From: Schmidtea polychroa
Lineage: Eukaryota
Direction: 5' to 3'
Assembly: GCA_044892525.1 (NCBI GenBank)
Contig: CM097888.1
Location: 47,058,001 to 47,122,000 of the forward strand
Length of the DNA stretch: 64,000 bases
Part shown: one piece after another, positions 19,179-31,500 of the stretch
Numbering within the stretch: position 1 is the first letter of the stretch
How the letters are laid out: every line of letters begins with the position of its first letter
Notes under the pieces: model-generated
What the model was told of the DNA's origin: nothing
What the model saw: the letters and a program-made list of their open reading frames with translations, nothing else
Database searches by the model: none
Position numbers and translations under genes: made by a program

Positions 19179-20925
19179 TATTGTTTTAAATAATAAATGC
19201 TGCTACCAAGAAATCATCATAATAATAATAACAATAATAATATCAATTAATAATATCAATAATAATAACAATAATAATATCAATAATATCAATAATAATA
19301 TCAATAATAACAATAATAATATCAATTAATAATATCAATAATAATAACAATAATAACAATAATAGAATCAGTAATAACAATAATAATATCAATAATAATA
19401 TCAATTATTAATACCTAAAATATTTCCAAATCTTTTTCCTTATCTCTCGATGACTTTAAATTTTGTTGTGAGGAAAATTACGAAATTGATTATTTATTTT
19501 TGAATTGCACTATTTAATAGATTTTTGAAATTCGATTTATTTATTAATAATTTCGATTTACAATAACAATATTATTATCCATGGAAATACAAATAAATAA
19601 ATAACTGAAAAATGAAATATTTATATATTAATATTAACTTATTTAACATTAATTTACAAACGAAACTATTACACAATATTGACAATAGGTAAAGGTAAAA
19701 TGGTGATTACAAAGTCTAATACATCATTTAACGGTAAAATAACTAAATAAAACTGTTATTCTTGCATAAAATGTAAAAGAAAAGTTAAAATTGAAAATAG
19801 TGTCAGATTCCGAATAAAATTTATCGATCAAAAAAATTTTTGGCACTTTTCCAATTTGATATTGGAAATCGATTGTGCAATTCAAATCGAGAGTCATCTA
19901 AATAAAATACGAAATATTCAACCGGTAAAATACAATTGAAAAATTTTATAATTTAGGTTTACAATTGGTCTGACAAGTGACAAAATTCGCTCGCTTCTAA
20001 AGCTGGAACATAATTGTCAATGAAAATGGAAATTCGGAAAAATAAATGCAACATCAAAATAAAGAGAAATGGTAGAATTCAGTTAAATGATATGATGAAA
20101 CTGGAATAAAAAGAACTAGATGCAAGTGTACCATTGAAATGCCAGGTCTAAAATATTAATGACAGCTTTCAATTTGAAAAAGGTAGTTAAACCGTCTTCG
20201 GAACGCGATAAGTAAGAGGAAACAAATCTAANNNNNNNNNNNNNNNNNNNNNNNNNNNNNNNNNNNNNNNNNNNNNNNNNNNNNNNNNNNNNNNNNNNNN
20301 NNNNNNNNNNNNNNNNNNNNNNNNNNNNNNNNNNNNNNNNNNNNNNNNNNNNNNNNNNNNNNNNNNNNNNNNNNNNNNNNNNNNAATATATAGTAGAAAG
20401 GTCGCTTGTTTGTACAAAAATAAAATTTAAAGATTTCAAAATATAATAAAGTTAGAATATTCAAATTTAACCGATATTTAGGAAAAATGCCAATAGTTCT
20501 CCAAAATATTTTCAGACTTATACTTGGATTTTATTTAACTTTTAAGTTAGTGCATGTATTGAAAATGCCATTATTCATTTAAATCCTAAGCTCAATAATA
20601 TCCTGAATATATTTCTTATACTCTTGGTAATAATTATATCAATTGCATCTGTTCAAAAAATATCATACAAGAAATATGAGAGCTGACTTATTAGATCTTA
20701 TTTCCTGAATGGTTGTTGAAATTGGGAAAAGGAAAAATAAAAAACAAAATATTTCAACTAGTTGATAAAAAAAACTTGATCAAATTAAGAAACATTAATT
20801 AAAAGATTATATGATTTCCAAATTTAGTTAACATTATCAGGGTTAATTTTTGCAAAAAATATTCGGTTAAATTGGATAATATATGCATCAATCTATGGGA
20901 AAGAATTAATTTTCAGATAAAATTG

Positions 20926-20962
<37 letters not shown>

Positions 20963-21168
20963 TAAAAAATTAATGGTGAAGGAAAAATTATTTAATTCCG
21001 ATAATATTTATATGTAAAAGTATTTGGGGAAAAATGCCAAAGGAATAGATAAAAATCGACTAAGTGATGAAAAACACTAACTAAGTCCAAGAAGTATTGA
21101 ATAGAAATCTGCTACCTCAAGATAAGAAAGATTGACTATTCAGATAAATATTGGCAGACTCGATGATA

Positions 21169-24100
21169 TTATCGAAGATGTGTAAGAAGGAAAATACCGT
21201 TGGAAAGAGAAATGACTAAAGATGCCGAGATGAAAGAATTGTTATAGATTTATTAGATACTTACAATTTGTTGACGAGTATTTAGCAGTTCCATCTGAAT
21301 CTTCTGCTAATTTATCCTGAAAATGAAACAGCATTAAGCATATTATAAAATGGAATTAGGAACCAAATAGTTTTTTAATTGTTAAGTCTAATTTAAAATC
21401 GAAATTAAAAAGATTCGATTTTTTAAAATAATATCTTAATTTTGAGTTCCAGTCATTACGAAATAACAAAATTGAATTTATTACTATTGAACACGAAATA
21501 TATCGCTTTCTGACCTGGATTAGGGAACGCATCTTAATATAATGTGGATGATACAAGACGTTCCATAAGATAGTCATTGAATATTAATTTGGGTTATAAA
21601 AACCTATTGCTGGCGGTAAGGAAGTTTTGAGAGATCGGTGTATATGTTACCAAGATAGATATCCTTATTGTATCTCTTCAATCTTATATAACTACAGAAA
21701 ATACTCAAGTGACTCTCATAACGATATGAAAAATACGTTATATGGTGATGATTAAATAGCTAAAATTCGGCAATAACTTTTATAAGTTTTTTTGGCAAGC
21801 AAAAGTTATGGGATAGTTTCTTTTATTATTAACCTTTATGTTTTTATGTCTTATTATGATCCTTAATATTGGACACTACCTTTGGTCGACAATGTTCTTG
21901 AACTCGAGTACAGAGATGACGGGAAGTCTCTCCAATGTATGTGGCATTACACCCATTACATGTGAATTGTGTAATTTAATAACTTTTCAAAAATGATTGA
22001 AAATTTCATAAAAAGCGGTTTGATAAGCCTAAATAAGAAAAAAAACATTTTTTTGAAAAATCTTTTTTCATTATTCAACATAGTCCCCTGATGAAGCTCA
22101 ATTAATTTCATCCAACGGTTTTCAAGTTTTTAATAACATAAGAAAAATATGATTTTTTGAAGCCCTTTAAATATGCATCTATTAAGTAAGCCATATCTAC
22201 AAGTTTGTAAATAGGAAAAATTCACACGAAGACAAATCTGTAGAATATAGCGGCTAGAGAAGCAATTCATAACAATTCTATTATTTTTGCTGTTGTATTT
22301 GCACCTTTGTGTGTAAAAATTTGTTTGCAAATTGACTTTTTTCTTGTCAAATGTAGTTTTGGTTAAATGATCCAGTAGTAGTGTTGAATAGTATTTAGCG
22401 ATGATTTTGCAACATTGTTTTAGAGAGTCAATGAATGTTAACTCATAGACATTCTAGAAAACAGTTATCACCTTTCCTGTCAATTGATGCATTGTTGTGT
22501 TGATTCTGGGATGTAGTAACGGATCATATTTTTATCAACGGTAATACGCAAATATTCACTTTGCCATCGTTTTGAATTTCTTTGTGTAGTTTTTTATGAG
22601 TTCCGGAGTACTTGGTTCTTTTAGACGACTACTGCGTTCAGAATCTGTAGTGGTCGCACGACAATGTTTAAATTCATTATACCAATAAATGAGAACTCAT
22701 TTTCCTTATAATGTTTATCAAGTTATTCCATTTGCCTGTAACGTATTTTTTCTGATCAAAAATAATTTTTCATCAACAGACGAAATTCACTTTTTTCAAT
22801 TGATATAGTAAAAATTTGTTCACTTCAAGCTAAATTTTATTTAATTATATTTGAGATTATCACAATGTTAATTTGCCAGTTAATTAATTAAGGAAAAGTA
22901 CTGATTTATATTACTGATTAATTTGTATCTTTGGTTAAATAAAAAACTGAAAATATTAAGGCAATATTTTTATCTAGTCCTTTCCAACATATTTAATAGT
23001 CAAGTGAGTGACGAAAAACCTCAATATTTTAAAGTGGATCTCGGCCCATAGAATAAACAGGATATTGGTTGAAGAAACAAATTATTTGTATTACCGCTAT
23101 AAAGGCCGATAAAAGTCCAGTGGTCATTTCCGATTCGAGAATAGCAGTATTATCCGGATTGTTGTAGCAACAAGATATTAGTGTAGGATAAAGGCATTGG
23201 ATTAAATTCTTTTGACTGAAATAACAGAAAGGCAGTTGACATAATTGCTGCAAAATTGTCGGATGTTGTCCCGTTTGGACGAAATTTTGATTTTCAATAT
23301 TATTAACACAGAAATAACCAACGCAAAGAATGACTTCATGAATTAATTCTTGCACACTAAAAATTGAAAATTTAAATTCTGGAAACGATTGTGTGAAAAA
23401 TGTTTTTGAGTTCAATCTTTCAATAATAATTAATAATATTAATCATAATTAATAATAATAACAATAAATAATAATTAATAATAATAATTATAATAATATT
23501 AATAAAACAATAAAGTGATAATTTAAGCCTTTTGCTGCGAATACTGTATTTGATGAAAAAACTTTCGACTATAAGATAGTCCTTGTCAAGTATTCGCAGC
23601 AAAAGGCTTAAATTATCACTTTGTTGTTTTAAATAATAAATGCTGCTACCAAGAAATCATCACTTAATAACATTAATAATAATTAATAATATAATATTAA
23701 TAATAAAAATCAAAAAAATAGATATTAATATTTAAATGTTTAAAAATTTGAGGTTATAACTTGATATCTTTGGCAAAAAATTACTTTTTGGTAATGATAA
23801 TATTCCCAGCTGTTTCTACAAAAATTAAAATCATGTCATCATCAATAAAAACAATTGTCTATCCAGTAAAAACACAATGCAATGAATTATTTTCAGCATT
23901 TCCATTCCTACAAAATTGTGGTTTCTATTTTCAATGACGAATGCTCCTTAAATACTTTATGGAAGGAATTCCAATTTTTTATAACTTCAACTAAATGGCA
24001 CTATTTTAATATTGATTGGGAAATTAATTCCCCGAGAAATTACACTAATCATGTTCATATTTTTGATAGATGTAAACAAAATTTAAAAGTTATAAAACAG

Positions 24101-25476
24101 ATAAAAATATGGTGACCAGAAATGTAAAACTTAATCGAAATATAGTAAAAATAAATATTAACTAGTGTACCTGAAAGACTCCGACTCGGTACTGACACTG
24201 GACGGTCTACTGTGATCGTAGTTGTGACAATTCCCAATGCTAGAACCCTTAGATACGGTACTGGTCATTTGCTCATTACAATAGGTGATTAAGTAACTGA
24301 GTATATGACGTAATTGCAGAGATGTTCCTTCTTGGCTAAGGACAGACTAGAGAACACAATAGGGATAATAATGATAATTGTAGTAATATTAAACATCCAT
24401 GCAATCAATGTATGTTTTCAAAGAAAACGAAGACACAAAAATTTTATTTTCAGTAAGGAATAAAAAAATTAATGAGTTTACCGATTGAAGAGAATAATAA
24501 TTTCTAATAACAAATTCATCCATCCACATTCTAAGCCTTTTAGAATGACCAACATAACAACAGAACAACCCCGAGTTTTAAAAATACTTTATAGCTGTTT
24601 AGGACGAGATATATCATGAATGCCAAAATGTCAACGTATAAATACTATTTCTTATTTCTATGAATTACATCTTTGTTTCAAAAGGATATATTGACCGCTC
24701 TAGCGTCACGTTAAATAGAAACATTTAAAGCCAGTAGAAAAGTTTATTAATTAGTGGTCAGATGAAATATATTTCCTTATTTCACAATTTCAATGTTCTT
24801 ATTTCGCACATAAGAGAGGTTGTAATTAATCACATAAGCCATTTATGATTGGATTAGCTTCATAAAATATGACCACTAACTTGTATTTGCTGAAGGGAAA
24901 TCGATACAAAATATCAGAATAAAACGAGAAAACGCGCCTAGATTGTGGAAGTTCTGAAAGAACTAAATGGTACCAAAAATGAAAAGAAATATTGAATATT
25001 GTTTAAAAGGAGGAAATTTGATCTAGATTTCTTTTCTAAAAAAAAGATGAAATGCTATCAAGAAAAATTTCGCCTTCTAAAGAATCATAATATAAGGTAA
25101 AATCTATCTATCTATCTATCGAGTCTATAATGAAAGCGATTCTGTTCACAAATGAAATGTAAACCAAGATGAACATTAAAACATAAGATTTTAGGAGAAT
25201 TACTTGATATAATTTCCTTGAAGAATCCAGATGTACCAAGTAGAACTTTATCAATTGTGCCTAACCGTTAAGTGGGAAATATCAATAAAACAAAACAAAA
25301 ACATAAAACCTTTTTCTTGAACTCAACTATTTTTGTTTTCTTTGTTTAGTCAATTTTAACAGAATAAATGTTCATATAAATATATTTTATAAAGATATAA
25401 TTAAATGTGAGATCCTTTATTTCATATTTCAGTCAATTTGGTGTTACACAAATAGAATAAATAAAACTGGCTATAA

Positions 25477-25507
<31 letters not shown>

Positions 25508-28500
25508 ATTTATCTATTTTATAAAATATATTAATTATATAAATCAATTAAATTTTTTTGTATTGCAAAATAATTCGATTTTTGCATAAAAATATAAATA
25601 ATTTCAAATAACTTTTTTTTAAATTTCAAATATTTAAAATGGCATTTCATGACTTATATTGCTAGATTTGTCCGACAGTTTATGACTAATCAATGGTAAT
25701 CTTATATTTTCAGTTATATTATCAGTTCCTACATACGCTATTTGGTTAGCTAGGCAAAATGCTCATAATGTGAGGTGCTTTTGATAGGATACGTCGAAAT
25801 CCCATTTTAAGTCTTGTATCATAAAGAGCATTATGTAGATATTCTCTTCTTCATAGGAATTATTTGACAAGTCACATATCATGAATTTCGTCAATTATAG
25901 AATTTCAATTTTATTGAAAAATAAATTAAGTCAGATTTTGGAACAAGTTTCGGATTTTGAAAATTTACATTAAAGAAACTAAAGTTACATTACATTTCGT
26001 TTTGCAATTTTTCCTTTTTATTTCAATTCGAGCATTAATATTATTAAGTTAGTTAAAATTTCATTAACCCTTTCAATGCCGGTGACGTTCTATACTTTTT
26101 TATGAAAATTTAAATACAACATAATTTAAACAAAAATCTATTTTTTTATATTTCATTTATTTTCATTATGACAAAGGATTTTAGGTCTTTTTTCATACGG
26201 GTTGAAAAGATCAAGTTATTAAACAAGAAAATAAAAGTAGAGAAGTGTAAATATTATAATTATATTCTATAAATATTATAAATTTGTCTACTTTTAATAA
26301 AATTCTAGTTACAACAGAAAATCTTTAAAAAACCAATCAGTTGTTACGATTCCAAAGATGAATGGAATTATAAATAATATTCAAAGTACCTGCATAATTC
26401 CTAAATTAACTACTGCCAAGTTATTAATGAGTCTCAGTCCAGAAATGGTAATTCTTCCAGCCAGCTGCTGAAGGGCTGAAAAAAATGTAAATAATGATCA
26501 TCCAAATAATGATGTAGGGTGGTGTAAAAAATATTATACATTTCCTTGACAGTTGAGATTATAGTTTCAATGAACATATACTCACATAGTCAGATTATTT
26601 AGGGAGTAGACGCGTAAAATAAAATTTTTTAAGCTCGAATTTTCAAATAACTTATTTCATGGCCTCTGAATCTGGGATGTGCAACAAGAGTAAAAATATT
26701 TCTCTATATATAAAAAAGCTAGGGGTCCCCTCCATCCGAATTTTACTTTTTAATTTTTTTTAAATTTTTTTTTGTCAAATAAATAAAATAATTTTTTATT
26801 AGTTTGGCTGTTTTGACGCAAGTCGTGTTAGATATTTAACGGGTTTACGTCTAATCCATACCTGAACATCATTAACCCCACGTTCTAACGGGGTTGGTGA
26901 AGCGAAGCGAACGGGGCAGAGCCCCTAGTATATATAAAAATGATAGATAAAGAAAATTAATATTTAATTATATTTAAAGTTTGAAGAAATTTTAGTTGAA
27001 GGTTGTTACGATTCATTATGATTACACCCATCATCATCACATGAAAAGATAGGATAGAAATGAAGCTGAAAACGATCACATTGACTGACTAGATGGATTT
27101 AATGGAATTCAAAATGAAAGAGCATAATTCAACAGATCTATAAATACCGTATTTATTTTCTTATAACACACAGGCTTTAATATTATCGTTCAATACTTTT
27201 TTAATTTTTAAAAACACTCAACTTTTAAACCCAACATGGTGGGTAAGAAGAATGCAACTGGGCGCATTTCTACAAAAGGATTCCACACAGTAGAAGTAAA
27301 ACATATGAGAACTGCATATACGATACAATTTAAAAAGAATGTGTTGGATTTCTATGATGTAAATGGTGCGTCACAGACAGTTACCAAATTTTGGCCTGAT
27401 CTAAAGTCATCATCGCCAGCTCGTGAAGCCAAAAGACAGTTAATATATCAATGGAGAAAAAATAAAGACCGAATAACAAAACTTGGGAATATGAATAGGG
27501 TCAAGAAATTGAAAAAGATCCGACCACTAGGAACTTCCTCGAGTCTTTCATCTGAAGTCGAAGACGAACTTATTTTCTGGGTCCGAACCCTGCGCCAAAA
27601 TGGTGTCCCCGTAACCGACAGTATACTTCGTACTAAAGCTCGCCTATCGTGCAGACAAACCGATGTTAATAATTTCTTAGCAAGCACTGGGTGGCTAAAA
27701 ACCTTTAAGAAAAAATATGGCTTGTCACTCAGAGCCAAATCTCATCAAGGACAAACATCCATAGTCCTTCCAAATCCGGTAGCCACTCAGTTTGCATTAG
27801 ATGTCCGACAAAAAATGATTGAATTAAATGTAGATTGTGTTTGGAATGCCGACCAAACGGCTGTTAATTATGAAACAATCCCCGGAAAAACCTTAGATAA
27901 AATAGGTTCCAAGACAATATTCATACGAACAGCTGGGAAAGAAAAAGAGAGGATATCAGTATTATTGCTGGGATCTTCTAATGGACAGAAAAAACCACCT
28001 TTTGTAATATTTAACCCTTTCGCACCGACTTTCCGCTAATGACACTATGCTAAATTTATATATTGGAACTTGTTAATATTGACCTAAATATATTCTCATT
28101 TTTGTAATCGTGGCGATTCTGAATATCCTAGAAAGTCCTGGGATAATAAGTCCCAATAGGCTTTTATGGACCATTCAAAATATCCCAGTAGGATCATGAT
28201 GAAAGTTTCTGGGACGTATTGTCTTAATAGGGGCGAAAGGGTTAAGGGTAAACAATCAGTTGTGGAGGCATCATCGTTGCAGAATAGAATTAATCAACAT
28301 GGATTTCGTAGTTGTGTCTGGAAAAAAATACAGGAGATCAATAAAACCAGCACGACTCAAATATATTGCAACCAAAATGGCTGGTTTACAAGCGATATGA
28401 TGGTTATCTGGCTTTATCATAATTTTTCCGAAAATGTGGAGAAGCCAAAGATTTTATTATTGGATGACTTTACAGCACACTGGACAAGCGATGTTTTAGC

Positions 28501-31500
28501 CGCTGCAAATATCCTTAATATTACATTGATGAAGATTCCATCTGGTTTTACATCAGTTTGCCAGCCTGCAGATGTTAGCTGGAATAAACCGTTTAAATCG
28601 CACTTAAGAACAATGTGGTCTGAAAAATTAAGAACGGATATGGAAGCAAATGAAGGCATATTCAAAGCAAAAGTTCCCCAAAGAGATGTTTTGATTGATT
28701 GGGTTGACTCTGCCTGGGAGCAGCTGTCTCATGCTACGATGATTTCTGGATTTTCAAAACCGGGCTATATTGACAGACATGAAGGTATTGATGAGCCCCT
28801 GGGTCAGGGCATTCAAGATTCCAATTTAGTTGGAAATAGCAGCCTTTATCTGCCTGATCAATATTTTGAATAAAAATTCTAGCTTTCCGTAATTTGAATG
28901 TACGGTTTTAATTTTCATATATCAAACAGAAAATTATTAAAGGTGTGTGTTATAAGAAAATAAATACGGTATATTCTTCGTATAAATATGGCCTTGGTCA
29001 TCAGCGATTTTTGTATTGGTGAAAATAGTCAATAGCAGATGAGAAATCTTATAAATATACATTTCTGAGGATGTTCTTGAAAGATAATAATTGTTTCTTT
29101 TAATAATTATTTCAACGCATAATCTCGTACTTTAACTGTTCAATATTCAGTAATTTCCCCTCTTCAAAGAGTAAAAATATGGCTTTGGCAGGAAAATTGA
29201 CTCAACAATACATTTCTTGCATATAATAACAATGAGTTTTTAACAATGCAGAAATTGAAAAGAAGTTTATTGTAAAATAGTGCATTGACAAGGGATTACA
29301 AACAGCCACCTTTAATACAATTCTTATCAAAACAATGAACAACACAAGAAATTGATCTTTATATTGCATATCTTTACTCGGACACAGATATAGTATTTTG
29401 TCACTGGAAAACAATGCCATATTTAACATAGACTGTAAAAGGAAAGAAAGAAGAGAAAACTGGATAAAATCTTTTAAGGATCCTGGAAATTGTGTTTAAC
29501 CGTTATGAAGCGAAATAATTAAGTTCTTTGGAATGTGCCTTCTATTGGACAGTCATCGCTTTCAGAAAAAAATGTAATTTTTACGTAGCACGGCTAAGGA
29601 GGATAAATGCAAACTGATAGTCATCTTTAAATTGAAAGGCAGCAAAAATTATAGTAAAGACAAAAACTAAAGGATGAATAACTAAAAACCTTTATGCTTG
29701 GTGGCTAAGTTGGTATGGAAACAAAGAAAAGGTTCAATATTTTACTAAAGATCTGTACAACTATGATTTAGCCTCTTCTCGTTTGATTGACGAAGAGTGT
29801 AGTGATACCAGACTGACTAATGAAGCTTCTTCAGTCATTGGATCTAACGGTGAACAACAGTGGCCATCAAAAAGAATATAATTAAGAAGAAACCCTAGAG
29901 AGAATCTTTAAGGTTATCGGTTATAAAGAAAATGTTGTGGATCTAAATAATATGCTATCTGCCATGATTGAGAATCTAGAAACACTAAAATGTTATTCTG
30001 ATAATAAATTTAAGGTATTCAACGAATAAAACGTTAAAATAAATATATATAAAAAAACTTTTTAAAATACCACGATTTTCTTGTGGACTAAGTATTATTA
30101 AAATATTGTGTTGTCATCGAAAGCAAGCATGTATACAAAATTTCAGCGAAATTGGATTATGCGAAGTGCTTCAAAATTCGATAGATAGATTTGACTCGAA
30201 CATACATAAATACAAGAAAGCAAGTTAAGAAAAACGTTTAAATAAAAAAAGATTATATTGTTTTGTTTTTGTATATTATCTATATTATTTATTATTATCT
30301 ACGATGCCTAAATAACTCGCTCATTATATATTGGAAAATTTGGTGCATGGTTTTAAAATTGATGAATTAATTTTAAGTAAAAAAATATTTATCTGGAGTA
30401 AATGTTCATTCAAATTCTAGTATAATAACAACAATGATTGACTTACAATCCGATTTAGATACAATGTTTCCTTGATATAGCAAAAGTCCGTACAAAAGAC
30501 AAACCAAACCGCACATTTCAGTGCCTTCTATAGATTGAAGTAATTGAGTATGATCAATTAAAGATTTGAAAGAATCCCCATCAGGACATCGTGGATAATT
30601 TGCATCAAGTGCAGATAATTTCAATGTGCCAGATTGAGATTTAACTGGTAAAATGTAAGATTTACAGCTAAATAGGGAGATATTTTAATAATTTTAGATA
30701 AAATTTAAATTTTTTCATAATGCAAAAAAATGTTAAAAAGAAAGCAAAAACAGATAAAAAGTTGATTCTATAATACTATTGTGTTTTATGAGATGTTTGG
30801 TCAATCCTGAGTTTAAATATGGATCGCGTCTGTGTGCGCATTGAGTATTGCTTGTAATTTTTCTGTTGGGTTGCACAATTTTGAATTTTAGTTTTTTATT
30901 ACCGTATATACTCGCGTATAGGCCGAGTAATTTTGGATTAATTTTTTTCCCAAATTGATGGGCCGGCTTTACGCGAACCTACTTTTAATTAAAATAATTA
31001 TGGTTCAATAATTATATGTATTAATTATATTATTTATAATTATTTATATTTAATGTTAATTAATATTTTTAAATTAATATACAGAATAAATCAAAACCAA
31101 ATTTGGGGAGGGGGGCGTCAGCTTATATGCGAGTATATACGGTAATTATTAAGTGGATGATTTTTGGATTTGTAGAAGCTTTTTTGAAAAAGGAGCTTCG
31201 CGCGTATTTTGGAGAATAGAGATTTTTTTTGAAGTTTCGTTTTTATTCGTTTTTTATTATGAAATGGTTTATCTTAAAGAATGGATATGAATTCATAAGT
31301 GTTGGCAATGATGGTAAATCTAAGGATTTCTTAGTTCATTTTAAATCTATCGCATCCGGCAATGAAATCTAATAACTGATCGAGAAGTTCTTTTCAATAA
31401 TCCCAAAACTGGCAGAAGATCATTGACTCAAATTATGTTGGAGACATTTAATGTACAAATGAAAGTTTTGATAAGTATGAAAATTCAAATGTTTACGGGA

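Larger units (their letters stand above)
18450..19622. repeat. Diverged direct duplication (about 18450-18725 vs 19416-19622) enclosing hairpins A and B and an AAT-rich minisatellite
   Basis: Shared blocks aaaatatttcca.tctttttccttatct, ttacgaaattgattattta, tttttgaaattcgattta, ggaaata.aaataaataaataactgaaaa. Confidence 0.7.
27147..28969 (+). mobile_element. pogo/Tigger-like DNA transposon in a SCAPER intron
   Basis: 26-bp perfect TIRs CCGTATTTATTTTCTTATAACACACA, TA on both sides, encloses the transposase. Confidence 0.95.

Noticed and set aside
20116-20231. Possible alternative terminal SCAPER exon next to the gap
   Set aside because: Acceptor abuts the N-gap and the translation does not clearly match the SCAPER C-terminus.
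29500-29760. Possible second pogo DDE fragment
   Set aside because: Only scattered residues match across several frames.
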